Below are positions 37,513 to 47,580 of a DNA stretch of 64,000 nucleotides, one piece after another (the first letter of the stretch is position 1; the number at the start of each line of letters is the position of its first letter). The notes below the pieces were generated by a model. That model made no database searches. It was not told the DNA's origin and saw nothing but the letters and a program-made list of their open reading frames with translations. Source of the DNA: a virus; the IMG/VR virus record IMGVR_UViG_3300031957_001682, positions 43,633 to 107,632 of that record; one strand, 5' to 3'. A program made the translations under genes and the position numbers.

Positions 37513-40082
37513 ACACCGTCGCAGTACACCGAATGATTCGAGTCTTCACTGGCTACGGCTCACCCGACTTGGGTAAGGATGGCGTGGGTCCAAACAAATC
37601 CGATTGGTCTTTCTTCTCCGGCGTGGCACATCAAGATGGGATGCAAGACCATCAGTTGCTTGAGGCGGCTGAACGATTCCACAAGTATCGCAACACACAA
37701 CTACCATCCATCCTCACTGACGCTGGACTGATTGAACAGAAGGAGCAAGTAAGTTCCTTCTTACTTGACATGAAGAAGGAGGGCGAGCGAGGTAAGCGTG
37801 AGTATGAAAGGATGCAACAGCAACGAGCCGACAAGTGGGAGCGTGAATCAAATGGTGACCGTGTACTTAGCAAGTCAATGCTCTCTCGCAAGAATGTATT
37901 CGATGACATGGTTGTCGAGGCTATCATGTACGCTCGTGAATGTGATGAGGCTACTGCCAAGCACTACATCAAATCATACATGGAGTCATGGCAACCACCA
38001 TCATCAGTGCGTGTGTCTGTACAGCAAGTCGATGATGTGTGGCGCAACAAGTGGGGCAAGGAGATTAAGTCTTCACGCATCGCTTTGTCATACACATACA
38101 ACCCTGCTTTCAATGCGGCCCTCAAGGGTGCGCTGTCATTCCCTCAAGTCAAGTTCGATGGGCGCACTAAGATGTGGAGCATCATGGATGATGAAGCGGT
38201 ACTCAACAAAGCAGTGAAGGCGTTGGAAGATGCCGGTGCTTTCTTTGACGACACCCTCACTCAACTACGGGGCGACCATACTTTCACTGCTAAACCACAG
38301 GGCAAGAAGGTCACTGCTACCACTGCTACCTTGCGTGGTTCATCGGTGGTCTTGCAGTGGCCCTACATCAGTGAGCCTCACATTCGTACTGCTGTCATGG
38401 GTGCAGTGAAGCAGACACAAGGCCGCAAGTGGAACCCCGACAAGAAGACATGGAGCGTGGCTCTTAGTGAGGCGGCTCCCCTTATCGACAGGCTTCGTAA
38501 GTTAGAACTTACTCAAGCAACTGCGCTGGCACAAGCCATCGAAGTTATCCCCGAAGTTCACACAGTCATGGAAGAACGAGCCAACCGTATTGCTATCAGC
38601 AGTGCGGCTCGGCTTGATGATACCATGCTCGTGAGTGAGATGCGTAATGCACTGGCTGAACACTTCCCTGCTGGTCGTGAACTGTACCCCTTCCAATATG
38701 TCGGTGTGCAGTTCGCACAACTGGCTGGTGGTCGTTGCCTCATCGGTGACGACATGGGTATTGGCAAGACTATCCAAGCCCTTGCTTACATCGCACTGAA
38801 CCAAGACAAACTACCTGCGCTGGTAGTATGCCCTGCCAATGTCAAGTACAACTGGGCGAAGGAGGTCAAGGCTTGGCTACCTAACTTGAGTGTGAATGTT
38901 ATCGAGGGTCGTAGCAAAGGAACCATCGAACCTGCTGACATACACATTTGCAACTACGACATTATGAAAGGGCGACTCCCTCAACTGTTGACACATGGTA
39001 TCAACATCGTAGTGTGTGATGAGTCACACTACCTCAAGAATGCTAAGACGCAACGCACTGCGGCTACCCTTGAGATTGCAGAAGAGAGTGAGTCGGTTCT
39101 GTGCTTGAGTGGTACAGCCATCACCAACAGACCGATTGAGTTCTTCACTACACTCAACCTGCTTCGACCCAATGAGTTCAGTTCATCCTATCAGTTCGGA
39201 CAGTCGTACTGTGATGCTCACCACAATGGATGGGCATGGGACTACTCCGGCTCAAGCAACTCCGCCGAGTTGCACGAGCGCACTCGTGACTTCTGTATTC
39301 GCAGACTCAAGAGTGAGGTGCTGACTGAACTACCCGACAAGCAACGCACACTCCACACAGTCAAGCCATCCAAGCAACAACTGTCACACTACAACGGTGT
39401 GCATCAAGCGTGGCTTGATGAGTGGGCTGGCTACCGTGAAGCATACAATGTACCAGCAGGGTTCGTACTGAATATGCTGACCGACCTGCGCCACGAGTGC
39501 GGGAAGATGAAGGCGGCATCAGCAGTGGACTACATCATGGAGTACCGAAACATCACAGGCAAACAAATCGTTGTCTTCGCACATCACAAGGATGTACTCA
39601 AGGCAGTGTACGATGGACTCCAATCACTCAAGGAAGACATACCAAAGACAGCCGCCATCACCGGAGAAGTAGCCGCCGATATGCGACAGATGCGAGTCGA
39701 AGCATTCCAAGCAGGGCACATAGATGTATTGCTGTGCAGTACAGTGGCGGCGAAGGAAGGACTCACTCTCACTGCGGCAGACACAGTGCTGTTCGTTGAA
39801 AGAGAATGGGTTCCAGCATGGGAGGAACAAGCCGAGGACCGTGTGTACCGCATCGGTCAAGACAGTGACTCCGTACAGGCAGTGTACCTTACAGTAGCAG
39901 GTACGATTGATGAGAAGTTCAACGCTGTCATTGAAGCCAAGCGAGCAGTGGTCAAGGCTGTGCTTGATGGTGGAGATGTGGATGAGCGCATGGGTATAGC
40001 CAGCGCACTCATCGAAGCGATGATGGATGCAGGTGACCTACCTGCTGACTTCAACAAGAAGCAAAACAAAACAAGGAACTGA
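37509..40082 (+). CDS. SNF2-family helicase with HARP-like N-terminal domains (SMARCAL1-like)
   Basis: DDMGIGKT, DESH, LSGT, EGLTL and QAEDRVYRIGQ motifs; two HARP-like repeats (FDGRTKMW, WNPDKKTW). Confidence 0.88.
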   Translation: MNTVAVHRMIRVFTGYGSPDLGKDGVGPNKSDWSFFSGVAHQDGMQDHQLLEAAERFHKYRNTQLPSILTDAGLIEQKEQVSSFLLDMKKEGERGKREYERMQQQRADKWERESNGDRVLSKSMLSRKNVFDDMVVEAIMYARECDEATAKHYIKSYMESWQPPSSVRVSVQQVDDVWRNKWGKEIKSSRIALSYTYNPAFNAALKGALSFPQVKFDGRTKMWSIMDDEAVLNKAVKALEDAGAFFDDTLTQLRGDHTFTAKPQGKKVTATTATLRGSSVVLQWPYISEPHIRTAVMGAVKQTQGRKWNPDKKTWSVALSEAAPLIDRLRKLELTQATALAQAIEVIPEVHTVMEERANRIAISSAARLDDTMLVSEMRNALAEHFPAGRELYPFQYVGVQFAQLAGGRCLIGDDMGIGKTIQALAYIALNQDKLPALVVCPANVKYNWAKEVKAWLPNLSVNVIEGRSKGTIEPADIHICNYDIMKGRLPQLLTHGINIVVCDESHYLKNAKTQRTAATLEIAEESESVLCLSGTAITNRPIEFFTTLNLLRPNEFSSSYQFGQSYCDAHHNGWAWDYSGSSNSAELHERTRDFCIRRLKSEVLTELPDKQRTLHTVKPSKQQLSHYNGVHQAWLDEWAGYREAYNVPAGFVLNMLTDLRHECGKMKAASAVDYIMEYRNITGKQIVVFAHHKDVLKAVYDGLQSLKEDIPKTAAITGEVAADMRQMRVEAFQAGHIDVLLCSTVAAKEGLTLTAADTVLFVEREWVPAWEEQAEDRVYRIGQDSDSVQAVYLTVAGTIDEKFNAVIEAKRAVVKAVLDGGDVDERMGIASALIEAMMDAGDLPADFNKKQNKTRN

Positions 40083-40112
40083 AACCGATTTGGTATAAAG
40101 AACAAAAGAAAA
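40078..40112 (+). promoter_or_regulatory. Early promoter copy 4
   Basis: ACTGAAACCGATTTGGTATAAAGAACAAAAGAAA. Confidence 0.8.
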
Positions 40113-40117
40113 AAGAG

Positions 40118-40576
40118 ATGAGAACTATGGCAATTAATACAGAAGCAATAGAATACAAAACAGAACGAGAGATTGAAGAAGGCGTACCCATGCTACAAGC
40201 AAGGGTGAACGCAGGGAGTGGTACACTTCACCTACAAGGGTGGAGCAATACATTCACTGTGAACAGAAATTATGGATGGGCGGCTAAGTTCAATGTCCCT
40301 GCTCAACTGACAACATGGCTGGCAAAGCATGAGCCGACTCACACTTCTTTCGCAAGCAGTGAGAGAGTGTATGTTCGTGGACTGACAGTTAGAGAATTTA
40401 CGGATGGCATTCAGTTGCACATCTATACGGGTGGTGAAGTGCCGGGTGCAAATTACAACGACACTACATTCGTACTGGACATGAACCCAAACAAACCATT
40501 GGTTGCGGAGATGCTTGACTTCCTACGAGGCAATGACCTCATCGAAACATTCGATGAAATGAGGTGGACACAATGA
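40118..40576 (+). CDS. Hypothetical protein
   Basis: ORF after promoter 4; start may be 40127. Confidence 0.65.
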   Translation: MRTMAINTEAIEYKTEREIEEGVPMLQARVNAGSGTLHLQGWSNTFTVNRNYGWAAKFNVPAQLTTWLAKHEPTHTSFASSERVYVRGLTVREFTDGIQLHIYTGGEVPGANYNDTTFVLDMNPNKPLVAEMLDFLRGNDLIETFDEMRWTQ

Positions 40577-41187
40577 ACCATGCGTTTCAATCGGTAGTTG
40601 ATGCACTGACCGAGTTGCACGAGTTGATGACCAATGATGTAGTGTCATGGCAAACATGGACTGATGAGTTCACCACTGCTTATCAGTTTAACAAGAGTGC
40701 GGCTGGTCTTCTTGAAGAGAGGATGACAGCAGACTCACCATACCACTCCTTGTGGATAGATGGCTACACGGCAGTACATGGTAGCAGTTCGTTCGACGCA
40801 GGGTTTTGGATTATGTCTTTCAAACACTTGGCGAAGATATTCGATGTTCCTATGTCATGGATGGCGGCACTACGCTTCACTGCTATTGCTGACCCTACCT
40901 CCGGTTATCGTTGGGGGTTGAAAGGACTACCATCATTCGTTGATGAAGAGGGGTACTGTAATGAATCACTATGGGCATCACACCGTGACGGTGTAGCGGC
41001 TGGTCTTATTGAGAACACCGAGTTCCCATTCCTACGCAAGCCCGACGCAGTGGCGATAAGTGACATTGCTATGAAATCAGCAACGGAGGCGGCGAAGTCA
41101 CTTGACCTATCGTTGAGTCAATACCTTGAGCATCTCACGGACACGAGCATGGACATGACGCTTCCCGCACGAGGTGATGATGAATGA
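40573..41187 (+). CDS. Hypothetical protein
   Basis: SD GAGGTGG and ATGA overlap. Confidence 0.65.
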   Translation: MNHAFQSVVDALTELHELMTNDVVSWQTWTDEFTTAYQFNKSAAGLLEERMTADSPYHSLWIDGYTAVHGSSSFDAGFWIMSFKHLAKIFDVPMSWMAALRFTAIADPTSGYRWGLKGLPSFVDEEGYCNESLWASHRDGVAAGLIENTEFPFLRKPDAVAISDIAMKSATEAAKSLDLSLSQYLEHLTDTSMDMTLPARGDDE

Positions 41188-41657
41188 TGATAGTCACTGA
41201 TGAGCAGATGAAACAGGATTGGTATGACAACTTGACGAATGCGTATGACCTACAGGCGATTGTTCTTGCTCATTATGATGCTGGAAGTTTTGGCTTTGCA
41301 GACTACGACGAGGCACAGGATAACTTAGCCAGCGAGAACTTCCTCGTGTACACAGACGAAGAGGCTGACGAAGCAGTGCGTGATTACATAGAGGAATCAG
41401 TATGGGCTTTCACTCCATCGTTCTTACGAGCACATACAGACCACAGGGCAAGAGTCACTGTTGAAGCAATTGCGAAACTACAGGAGATGTGTGAGAGTGC
41501 AAACGAACCACTCAAGGCGATGATAAAGGACTTCGATGCCTTTGTTGAAGACGCAGTATCATGCGACGGGCGAGGACATTTCCTTGCTCCATACGACCAT
41601 GAAGAGAACGAGATTACTTTCAATGGCATAACATACTACATTTACCGGAGGAATTGA
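41184..41657 (+). CDS. Acidic hypothetical phage protein
   Basis: 157 aa, D/E-rich, with DGRGHFLxxYD segment. Confidence 0.65.
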   Translation: MMIVTDEQMKQDWYDNLTNAYDLQAIVLAHYDAGSFGFADYDEAQDNLASENFLVYTDEEADEAVRDYIEESVWAFTPSFLRAHTDHRARVTVEAIAKLQEMCESANEPLKAMIKDFDAFVEDAVSCDGRGHFLAPYDHEENEITFNGITYYIYRRN

Positions 41658-41863
41658 AATGAGCGTACTGAAAATTAGGATTGAAACGGAAGAATACATT
41701 TACGAAGAATACTTGGAGGCATAAGAATGAAACTAAGTGAAGCAGAAAACATGGATGATGAAGATTTTAGAGAATGGTGGATAAATGAAGTGAGTGGTAT
41801 TCCCAAAGGCGAATTGATTCAACTGTTTATGACTGACGAATGGCAACTCATAGAGGTGGACGC

Positions 41864-42100
41864 ATGAAACTAATCATAGGCACAGACCGATACATTATGC
41901 TTGAAAGTATTCCCGACCTTGAATGGTATCAAGTGACCGAATCAATTCGATGCCAGCACATCACCGACGCAGGTGACATGGTGCGGAGAACACAACGAGG
42001 ATGGGAGTTTTTCTCATCGCTCACAGATAACAGTCCAAGATATGTGCTACCCAGTAGGGCGGCAATACTTGACACACACACGGAAGGTGAAGAAGAATGA
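41864..42100 (+). CDS. Hypothetical protein
   Basis: SD GAGGTGG; ends in GEEE. Confidence 0.55.
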   Translation: MKLIIGTDRYIMLESIPDLEWYQVTESIRCQHITDAGDMVRRTQRGWEFFSSLTDNSPRYVLPSRAAILDTHTEGEEE

Positions 42101-42666
42101 ACAATAAGAAAGGAAAATGGACAGATATAGAAACGAATGCACTGCTACGAATGCGTACTGCTGGTGTTCCCTACAAGGAAATCGCCAAGCAACTGAATCG
42201 TAGCGCACATGCTTGTACACAACAGTACAGCAAGGTGAAAGATACTTTGGCATATCACACCGATAGAACAGTTAAGTCACCGGAGGTGCAAAGGAATCAC
42301 GATATGATAAAGATGTTAGCCAACCCTAAGCAACAACCTTACACCCCATCAGTGCAACCACTATCCACAGAACGCAACAACAAGGCATGGACCGGCAAAG
42401 AAGACCGACTACTCAAGAGCATGGTAAGACACAAGGCAACCATGCTTCAACTCATGACCGCATTGAAGCGTACTGAAAAGGCCATTGATTCAAGAATCCG
42501 TACTCTTGGTAAGAAAACACGCAAGCCAAGACCTGCTAAGGTTGAAACCACTACGGACATTGGTATCGAAAATCTCATTGGGTTCATTCGTGGACTCCAA
42601 GAAGAGAACAAGCAACTACGAGCCAAGTTGGAAAGCATTCGTGACGCATTGAAAAACAATGACTGA
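42097..42666 (+). CDS. Two-repeat Myb/SANT-like HTH DNA-binding protein
   Basis: KWTDIE..LL...IAKQLNRS and AWTGKEDRLL...LKRTEKAI repeats; C-terminal coiled coil. Confidence 0.7.
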   Translation: MNNKKGKWTDIETNALLRMRTAGVPYKEIAKQLNRSAHACTQQYSKVKDTLAYHTDRTVKSPEVQRNHDMIKMLANPKQQPYTPSVQPLSTERNNKAWTGKEDRLLKSMVRHKATMLQLMTALKRTEKAIDSRIRTLGKKTRKPRPAKVETTTDIGIENLIGFIRGLQEENKQLRAKLESIRDALKNND

Positions 42667-43315
42667 AAGTGCTTTCAATCACATTCAAAGTAGTGATGTA
42701 GCGGGAATATACATGGGGGGTGGCACTGGGGCTTTGCTCCACTACACTCCCTATGGCCGTTTCGTTGAGAAGCGGGGTAGGAACTCACACCATGTACACA
42801 ATGAGTGGTGCATGAACAGGTTCCTCGATGCACTCGGAGTGTGTGTCCCACAGGCTACCTTACATCTTGACACTCACTTGAATTATGTCATGCTCACGGA
42901 GTATGAAGAGGGTGCTACTCGCTATCAACCTAAACGGGATGCTGAACAGGTCACGCATGACTTCGTACCCCACGCACTAATAGCAAATTGGGATATGCTT
43001 GGGCTGGACAATGACAACATACTACGCCGACCCGATGGTAGGCTAACCTATGTTGATGTAGGAGGTTCGGGTCCGTTCCGAGCAGAAGGGAAACCCAAAG
43101 GTGAAATGTTCACAAGTACAGTAGGTGAACTCGATACGCTACGGGACAAGAACCCATACGAATTAGGACACATCACCGAACAGGACATAGCGCAATCATT
43201 CGATAGGTACGGTGGCGAGGATGCCATGTATGATGCACTGCGACACATACAAGATGGACGGACACGAAAGATTATGCGACAACGAATACAAGATGTTGCG
43301 AGAAGAGTTGCTTGA
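42659..43315 (+). CDS. HipA/PI3K-like kinase-fold protein
   Basis: NE..MNR..DALGV, IANWD....DNIL and YVDVGG..FRAEG motifs. Confidence 0.55.
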   Translation: MTESAFNHIQSSDVAGIYMGGGTGALLHYTPYGRFVEKRGRNSHHVHNEWCMNRFLDALGVCVPQATLHLDTHLNYVMLTEYEEGATRYQPKRDAEQVTHDFVPHALIANWDMLGLDNDNILRRPDGRLTYVDVGGSGPFRAEGKPKGEMFTSTVGELDTLRDKNPYELGHITEQDIAQSFDRYGGEDAMYDALRHIQDGRTRKIMRQRIQDVARRVA

Positions 43316-43324
43316 AAAAACAAC

Positions 43325-43359
43325 ACTGAAAGCAATTTGATATAAAGAGTAAAAGAAAC
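43325..43359 (+). promoter_or_regulatory. Early promoter copy 5
   Basis: ACTGAAAGCAATTTGATATAAAGAGTAAAAGAAAC. Confidence 0.8.
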
Positions 43360-43367
43360 GGTAATTG

Positions 43368-43643
43368 ATGGAATCGAATACCGACACCCCAACCCCCCAA
43401 GAGAGCGCAACAGCAGATATGATTGACAGCATGGCTTTGTACAAAGCGATGATGGAACAAGCAATGTTCATGCGGCCACAACTTACGATGGAACAAGTGG
43501 ATGAAGTTATCATTCGTACACTGAAAGACTGTGAAGATGAAGATGAAGATGTTGTACTCCGCTTGGAGTTCCATGCAGATGATGTGCTTGGCTACGGCGA
43601 CGATGAGTACGCATTCCCAAAGAAGGTGAAGAAGAATGATTGA
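43368..43643 (+). CDS. Acidic hypothetical protein
   Basis: ORF after promoter 5. Confidence 0.6.
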   Translation: MESNTDTPTPQESATADMIDSMALYKAMMEQAMFMRPQLTMEQVDEVIIRTLKDCEDEDEDVVLRLEFHADDVLGYGDDEYAFPKKVKKND

Positions 43644-43797
43644 CACAGACAAATACGAATACATGGTGACACACTTCAAAAGTGGAGAGTCCGATGGGGC
43701 ATTTGCTACTTACGAAGAAGCAAAGGCTCACTATGATTCACACGATGAAGAATGGCGTGAAGCACATTACATTGAGGAAGTGAGAAGAAATGATTGA
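43636..43797 (+). CDS. MIDTDKY-family mini-protein 1 (N-box only)
   Basis: Hand-translated, 53 aa. Confidence 0.6.
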   Translation: MIDTDKYEYMVTHFKSGESDGAFATYEEAKAHYDSHDEEWREAHYIEEVRRND

Positions 43798-44053
43798 CAC
43801 AGACAAATACGAAGGAGTCAAAGGCTCTTTGGTGCATATTATTCCACATGAAGTATGGGTGACACTCACACCTGCGGCTCAAGCATTGATAGCAGACGCA
43901 CCACTCCTCCTCGCAGAAGTTAAGCGGTTGCGTGAAAATTTGAAGCGTATTCGTCACACCGTGTTTTATGATATTGAAGAGAACTTCACTGACGAACAAG
44001 CGTATGACCCTGTGCTTATTGAGATAATGGAAAAGATGAAGGCGGTGTTGTGA
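43790..44053 (+). CDS. MIDTDKY-family protein 2
   Basis: MIDTDKYEG...DAPLLLAEVKRLR. Confidence 0.7.
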   Translation: MIDTDKYEGVKGSLVHIIPHEVWVTLTPAAQALIADAPLLLAEVKRLRENLKRIRHTVFYDIEENFTDEQAYDPVLIEIMEKMKAVL

Positions 44054-44386
44054 ATGATTGACACAGACAAATACGAAGGACACACAGAAGGAGTATGGGA
44101 TTTACATTCGATGGGTGATGGTTGGACAATTGGACAATTGAAAAAGATTGACAGAACTTTGATGCAAGACGCACCACTTCTCCTTGAAGAAGTCAAGCGT
44201 TTGCATTTGTTAAGCGTTCACTATCGTGAAGTAATTTCAAGAGCAATCGCTACACTACTCTCCAACCCACCGGAGGAAATGTTTGAATCATCAAGCCCTA
44301 CTTTGACTCAAGACACAGGTGACCTTGTAGGATTTTACACACAAGCAATGGGACATGCTATCGGAATTTTGGAGGGAACAGAATGA
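44054..44386 (+). CDS. MIDTDKY-family protein 3
   Basis: MIDTDKYEGHT...DAPLLLEEVKRL. Confidence 0.7.
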   Translation: MIDTDKYEGHTEGVWDLHSMGDGWTIGQLKKIDRTLMQDAPLLLEEVKRLHLLSVHYREVISRAIATLLSNPPEEMFESSSPTLTQDTGDLVGFYTQAMGHAIGILEGTE

Positions 44387-44652
44387 TTGACACAGACAAA
44401 TACAAAGGACACACACCTGCGCCGTGGACAGGAGTTACAATCGACACCATGCGTCAATATCCCGATAGCCCGACCATGATACTTGCACAAGACGCACCAC
44501 TACTTCTCGCAGAAGTTAAGCGGTTGCGTAAGTTGCGTAAGCAACTTGAGGATTGTAAGCGACAAATACAATTTACTGCTGATTGGATAAGGGATAGAGG
44601 CGAGGACACTCATGCAAAAGAGTTGGATGAATTTTTGGAGTGGATGGAATGA
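44383..44652 (+). CDS. MIDTDKY-family protein 4
   Basis: MIDTDKYKGHTPAPW...DAPLLLAEVKRLR. Confidence 0.7.
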   Translation: MIDTDKYKGHTPAPWTGVTIDTMRQYPDSPTMILAQDAPLLLAEVKRLRKLRKQLEDCKRQIQFTADWIRDRGEDTHAKELDEFLEWME

Positions 44653-45026
44653 TTGACACAGACAAATACGAAGGACATACAAAAGGACCGTGGTTTCTTA
44701 ATGAAGAATACGCTTACGAGTTATTCATTTGTGCAGGTGATGTAAGGCATGGTAATGTCGAGTTTGTGTTGAACAACGCTTCCGTAGATGTAAATGCACA
44801 ACTGTTAGCAGACGCACCACTACTCTTAGAACATGTCAAGCGTTTGACTAAGACACTTGAACTGATAGGAAAGAACATGGAGTACGACCCATGGATGCAC
44901 ACTCTCATCAAAGATGTGATAGGCTACGAGAAAGCAGAAGTCAAGCAGTTGCGTGAGCGAGTCGCTACATTGGATTCGCTGATGGAATACATTGCGGAAG
45001 ATTATGAAGAGAAGGTGATTGAATGA
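44649..45026 (+). CDS. MIDTDKY-family protein 5
   Basis: MIDTDKYEGHTKGPW...NAQLLADAPLLLEHVKRL. Confidence 0.7.
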   Translation: MIDTDKYEGHTKGPWFLNEEYAYELFICAGDVRHGNVEFVLNNASVDVNAQLLADAPLLLEHVKRLTKTLELIGKNMEYDPWMHTLIKDVIGYEKAEVKQLRERVATLDSLMEYIAEDYEEKVIE

Positions 45027-45268
45027 ACGACCATCAAGACAGCGAGAACTTTTCTTACAATCGTACATGGGTAGAGATTCAAGACCTACTACATGAAGCC
45101 GAGCGCAAACAGAACCAACACCTACTCGCACTACAGAACACACGACTCACGAAGAAACAGAAGGTACAACACATGAGGGACTTCAAGGGATTGCAGGGTG
45201 TCATCCACGCACTACGCTGGACACTCGGTGACCTACACATGCCTCGTGACAAGGTACTTGGAAAGTAA
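45023..45268 (+). CDS. Hypothetical protein
   Basis: SD AGGTGA and ATGA overlap. Confidence 0.6.
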   Translation: MNDHQDSENFSYNRTWVEIQDLLHEAERKQNQHLLALQNTRLTKKQKVQHMRDFKGLQGVIHALRWTLGDLHMPRDKVLGK

Positions 45269-45275
45269 AAACAAC

Positions 45276-45310
45276 ACTGAAAGCAATTTGATATAAAGAA
45301 CAAAAGAAAC
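45276..45310 (+). promoter_or_regulatory. Early promoter copy 6
   Basis: ACTGAAAGCAATTTGATATAAAGAACAAAAGAAAC. Confidence 0.8.
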
Positions 45311-45344
45311 AGAAGATGAAACAAACAAAATGGAGATGAATAAC

Positions 45345-46946
45345 ATGGCCCGAAAAATAACATATAGAGCATACAGAAAAGCAGACACATGGCAAGAGCA
45401 AGGATTGATTGGTGATACACTACTGTTCACGGATGATGAGATTGTGACACAACAGGCGATTGGGTACACCAAACAACTGTGTGATTATAACTGTCCGATG
45501 GACATTGCTGTGGTGTACAGCATGTTGAACCGAGGACAAGGTGCTACACCCACAGCAAGGGAACTACTCAACGACCATACACGAACCGCATATTACTTTG
45601 AGGCGGGACTCGTGGCAGATGGTTGGGTGTACGAACCAACAGAAGAATTGTACACTTGTACACCCACCGTGGACTTCCCTCAATTGGAATACAGTGAAAG
45701 TTCATACGGTAATTTAAGACATTCACCTGCGCTTGACCCTGCTAAGTTGGAAGGGTTCATTGCCAAGATACTTGAGAAGAAAGATTTGGCACTCATGAAT
45801 GCACTTCTTGATGCGTACAATTGGGAAGGTGGTCCGAGGTATACTTTCGCAGGGGCCGCACAAGGTGACTACAAAGATTTCTTCTTGTTCAAGCGGGATG
45901 GTACAGTCAACAACCAACCATTCCAAGACATGATGAAAGCACAGCGTGATGAAGGTGAAACTGTTCGTGCATCCACAGTCATTGCACTCATCCAAGAGTA
46001 TGTACCGTGGGAAATTAACACGAATGATAGGTGTGGTCGTTATGCAGACGAGGAAGAATACTGTACTACCCACAACCCGAAGAACTTTTACAACAGGGCT
46101 TGGGTGTTTAACCCCAACTCCAATAGGCGGTTGTACACAAACGAGCCTGTGAGTTCATGGGATAATCGTGGTACTCAAATTGGTAAGAACCACAGTGATA
46201 CAATGTCGATGGTTAGGTTCAGCGACCACAAGCGACGGCTTATCCAAGAGGTCAATGACAAAGAGGTTCTCAAGTTAATCAACAAGTCATTGACTCGTAT
46301 GGCAAAGCGTGGTACTGTTCGTCAAGTATCATCGGGCCGAGGGCGCATGTTCGAGTGGACCGCATGGACATGGTTAGAGCGTATTCGTACACGCATCCTT
46401 GCTTCCAATGCCAAGCAACGAAAGATTGGGGATGAGGTCAATGGTTGGAAGTACACCACTGGAAGAACCATCGAGTCATTCGGTATGGAAATCCACGACC
46501 ATGATTGGCAACCTGTGGAAGACCTATACTACTGGACAATTGAATGCAGGTTCCCATCGACAGACACATGGAATGGGCAAAATGGCCGTATGAATAACCA
46601 GCGTTTGATTCTCCCGATTGTCTTCTTTGATGAAGCGTCGGCAGAAGCACACATGAGTCAAATGGAATCCTTTTCCATGTACTCACCCACAGAAGTAGGG
46701 CTTAACTGTGTACCAACACAACGGCTACTCGACAGTGACTACAATGTGTCTTCTCCCGAACCAACTTGGTCGGTGAAAAAGATTAGTGTGTCTATGTCCG
46801 TTGATGGCACCGCTGTCATTGAAGACTACGATACACCACAAGTCATGTACAAAGCAATGCAGATGGGTAATACATCCGCTTGGGAAAACATGGCCGAATT
46901 GCTTCGTGATGTTCCAAGACGACTTACAAAGTTGGTGACACAATGA
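45345..46946 (+). CDS. Large hypothetical early protein
   Basis: ORF of about 533 aa; start set after the GGAGATGA SD. Confidence 0.7.
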   Translation: MARKITYRAYRKADTWQEQGLIGDTLLFTDDEIVTQQAIGYTKQLCDYNCPMDIAVVYSMLNRGQGATPTARELLNDHTRTAYYFEAGLVADGWVYEPTEELYTCTPTVDFPQLEYSESSYGNLRHSPALDPAKLEGFIAKILEKKDLALMNALLDAYNWEGGPRYTFAGAAQGDYKDFFLFKRDGTVNNQPFQDMMKAQRDEGETVRASTVIALIQEYVPWEINTNDRCGRYADEEEYCTTHNPKNFYNRAWVFNPNSNRRLYTNEPVSSWDNRGTQIGKNHSDTMSMVRFSDHKRRLIQEVNDKEVLKLINKSLTRMAKRGTVRQVSSGRGRMFEWTAWTWLERIRTRILASNAKQRKIGDEVNGWKYTTGRTIESFGMEIHDHDWQPVEDLYYWTIECRFPSTDTWNGQNGRMNNQRLILPIVFFDEASAEAHMSQMESFSMYSPTEVGLNCVPTQRLLDSDYNVSSPEPTWSVKKISVSMSVDGTAVIEDYDTPQVMYKAMQMGNTSAWENMAELLRDVPRRLTKLVTQ

Positions 46947-47407
46947 AGAAGATTAACATGGTATCTCACGGTACGAACAAACCATTACCGATTGGTGGTG
47001 GTACGCTTACACTGTGTGGGCTTGATGACTTTAGGGACACACTGCGGGGCTACCATGAGGTAGTAACCCTATGTAAGTGGGAACCTACTTACCCGAAGGG
47101 GAGTGAGAACAAAGCGTATCACAGTTATTTTCGTGCCTTCCATGATGATGAATCGAAGTGGCGGGATGCGATACAACTGGTGGAGGTTTTACTTTCACAG
47201 GGAAAGGATGTGTTGCTTCATTGTATTCATGGTCGTGACCGGACTGGTGGGGTAGCGTATGTTGTCCTTCGTAATACCGGCAAGGACCATCGTGAAACAT
47301 GTACACTACTCAACAAGATTCGACCACGCATGGCGTTGGAATGGAAAACAATAATGCAAGACCGGCGAGTGTTCCACGAGAGTTTGATGTGGGGTGAAGA
47401 AGAATGA
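46943..47407 (+). CDS. Dual-specificity (CX5R) phosphatase
   Basis: VLLHCIHGRDRTG and IRP motifs. Confidence 0.82.
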   Translation: MKKINMVSHGTNKPLPIGGGTLTLCGLDDFRDTLRGYHEVVTLCKWEPTYPKGSENKAYHSYFRAFHDDESKWRDAIQLVEVLLSQGKDVLLHCIHGRDRTGGVAYVVLRNTGKDHRETCTLLNKIRPRMALEWKTIMQDRRVFHESLMWGEEE

Positions 47408-47580
47408 TTAACACAGACAAATACGAAGGATGCACAGACCAAAGGGCAACCGTGTTTGACAAACATGGGAGTGGTATCGGTGGGTGGATTGATTGCACCC
47501 AACAAAAAGGTAGCAAGTCCATAGACTCAGGCAATTGGTGTCGCGCTTGCTTCAAGTATTACGGAGGCGAAGAAGAATGA
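47404..47580 (+). CDS. MIDTDKY-family mini-protein 6
   Basis: Hand-translated MINTDKYEGC...CRAC...GGEEE. Confidence 0.55.
   Translation: MINTDKYEGCTDQRATVFDKHGSGIGGWIDCTQQKGSKSIDSGNWCRACFKYYGGEEE

Noticed and set aside
43636-45026. Possible CRISPR array or DGR template/variable repeats
   Set aside because: The repeats are coding gene starts with long unequal spacing. No reverse transcriptase or adenine-specific mismatch pattern was seen.
45316-45339. Short uORF (MKQTKWR) as a regulatory peptide
   Set aside because: Its ATG is the conserved NTGA promoter element, and the paralogous leader at 48114 differs by 1 nt and is in frame, so the uORF is probably incidental.
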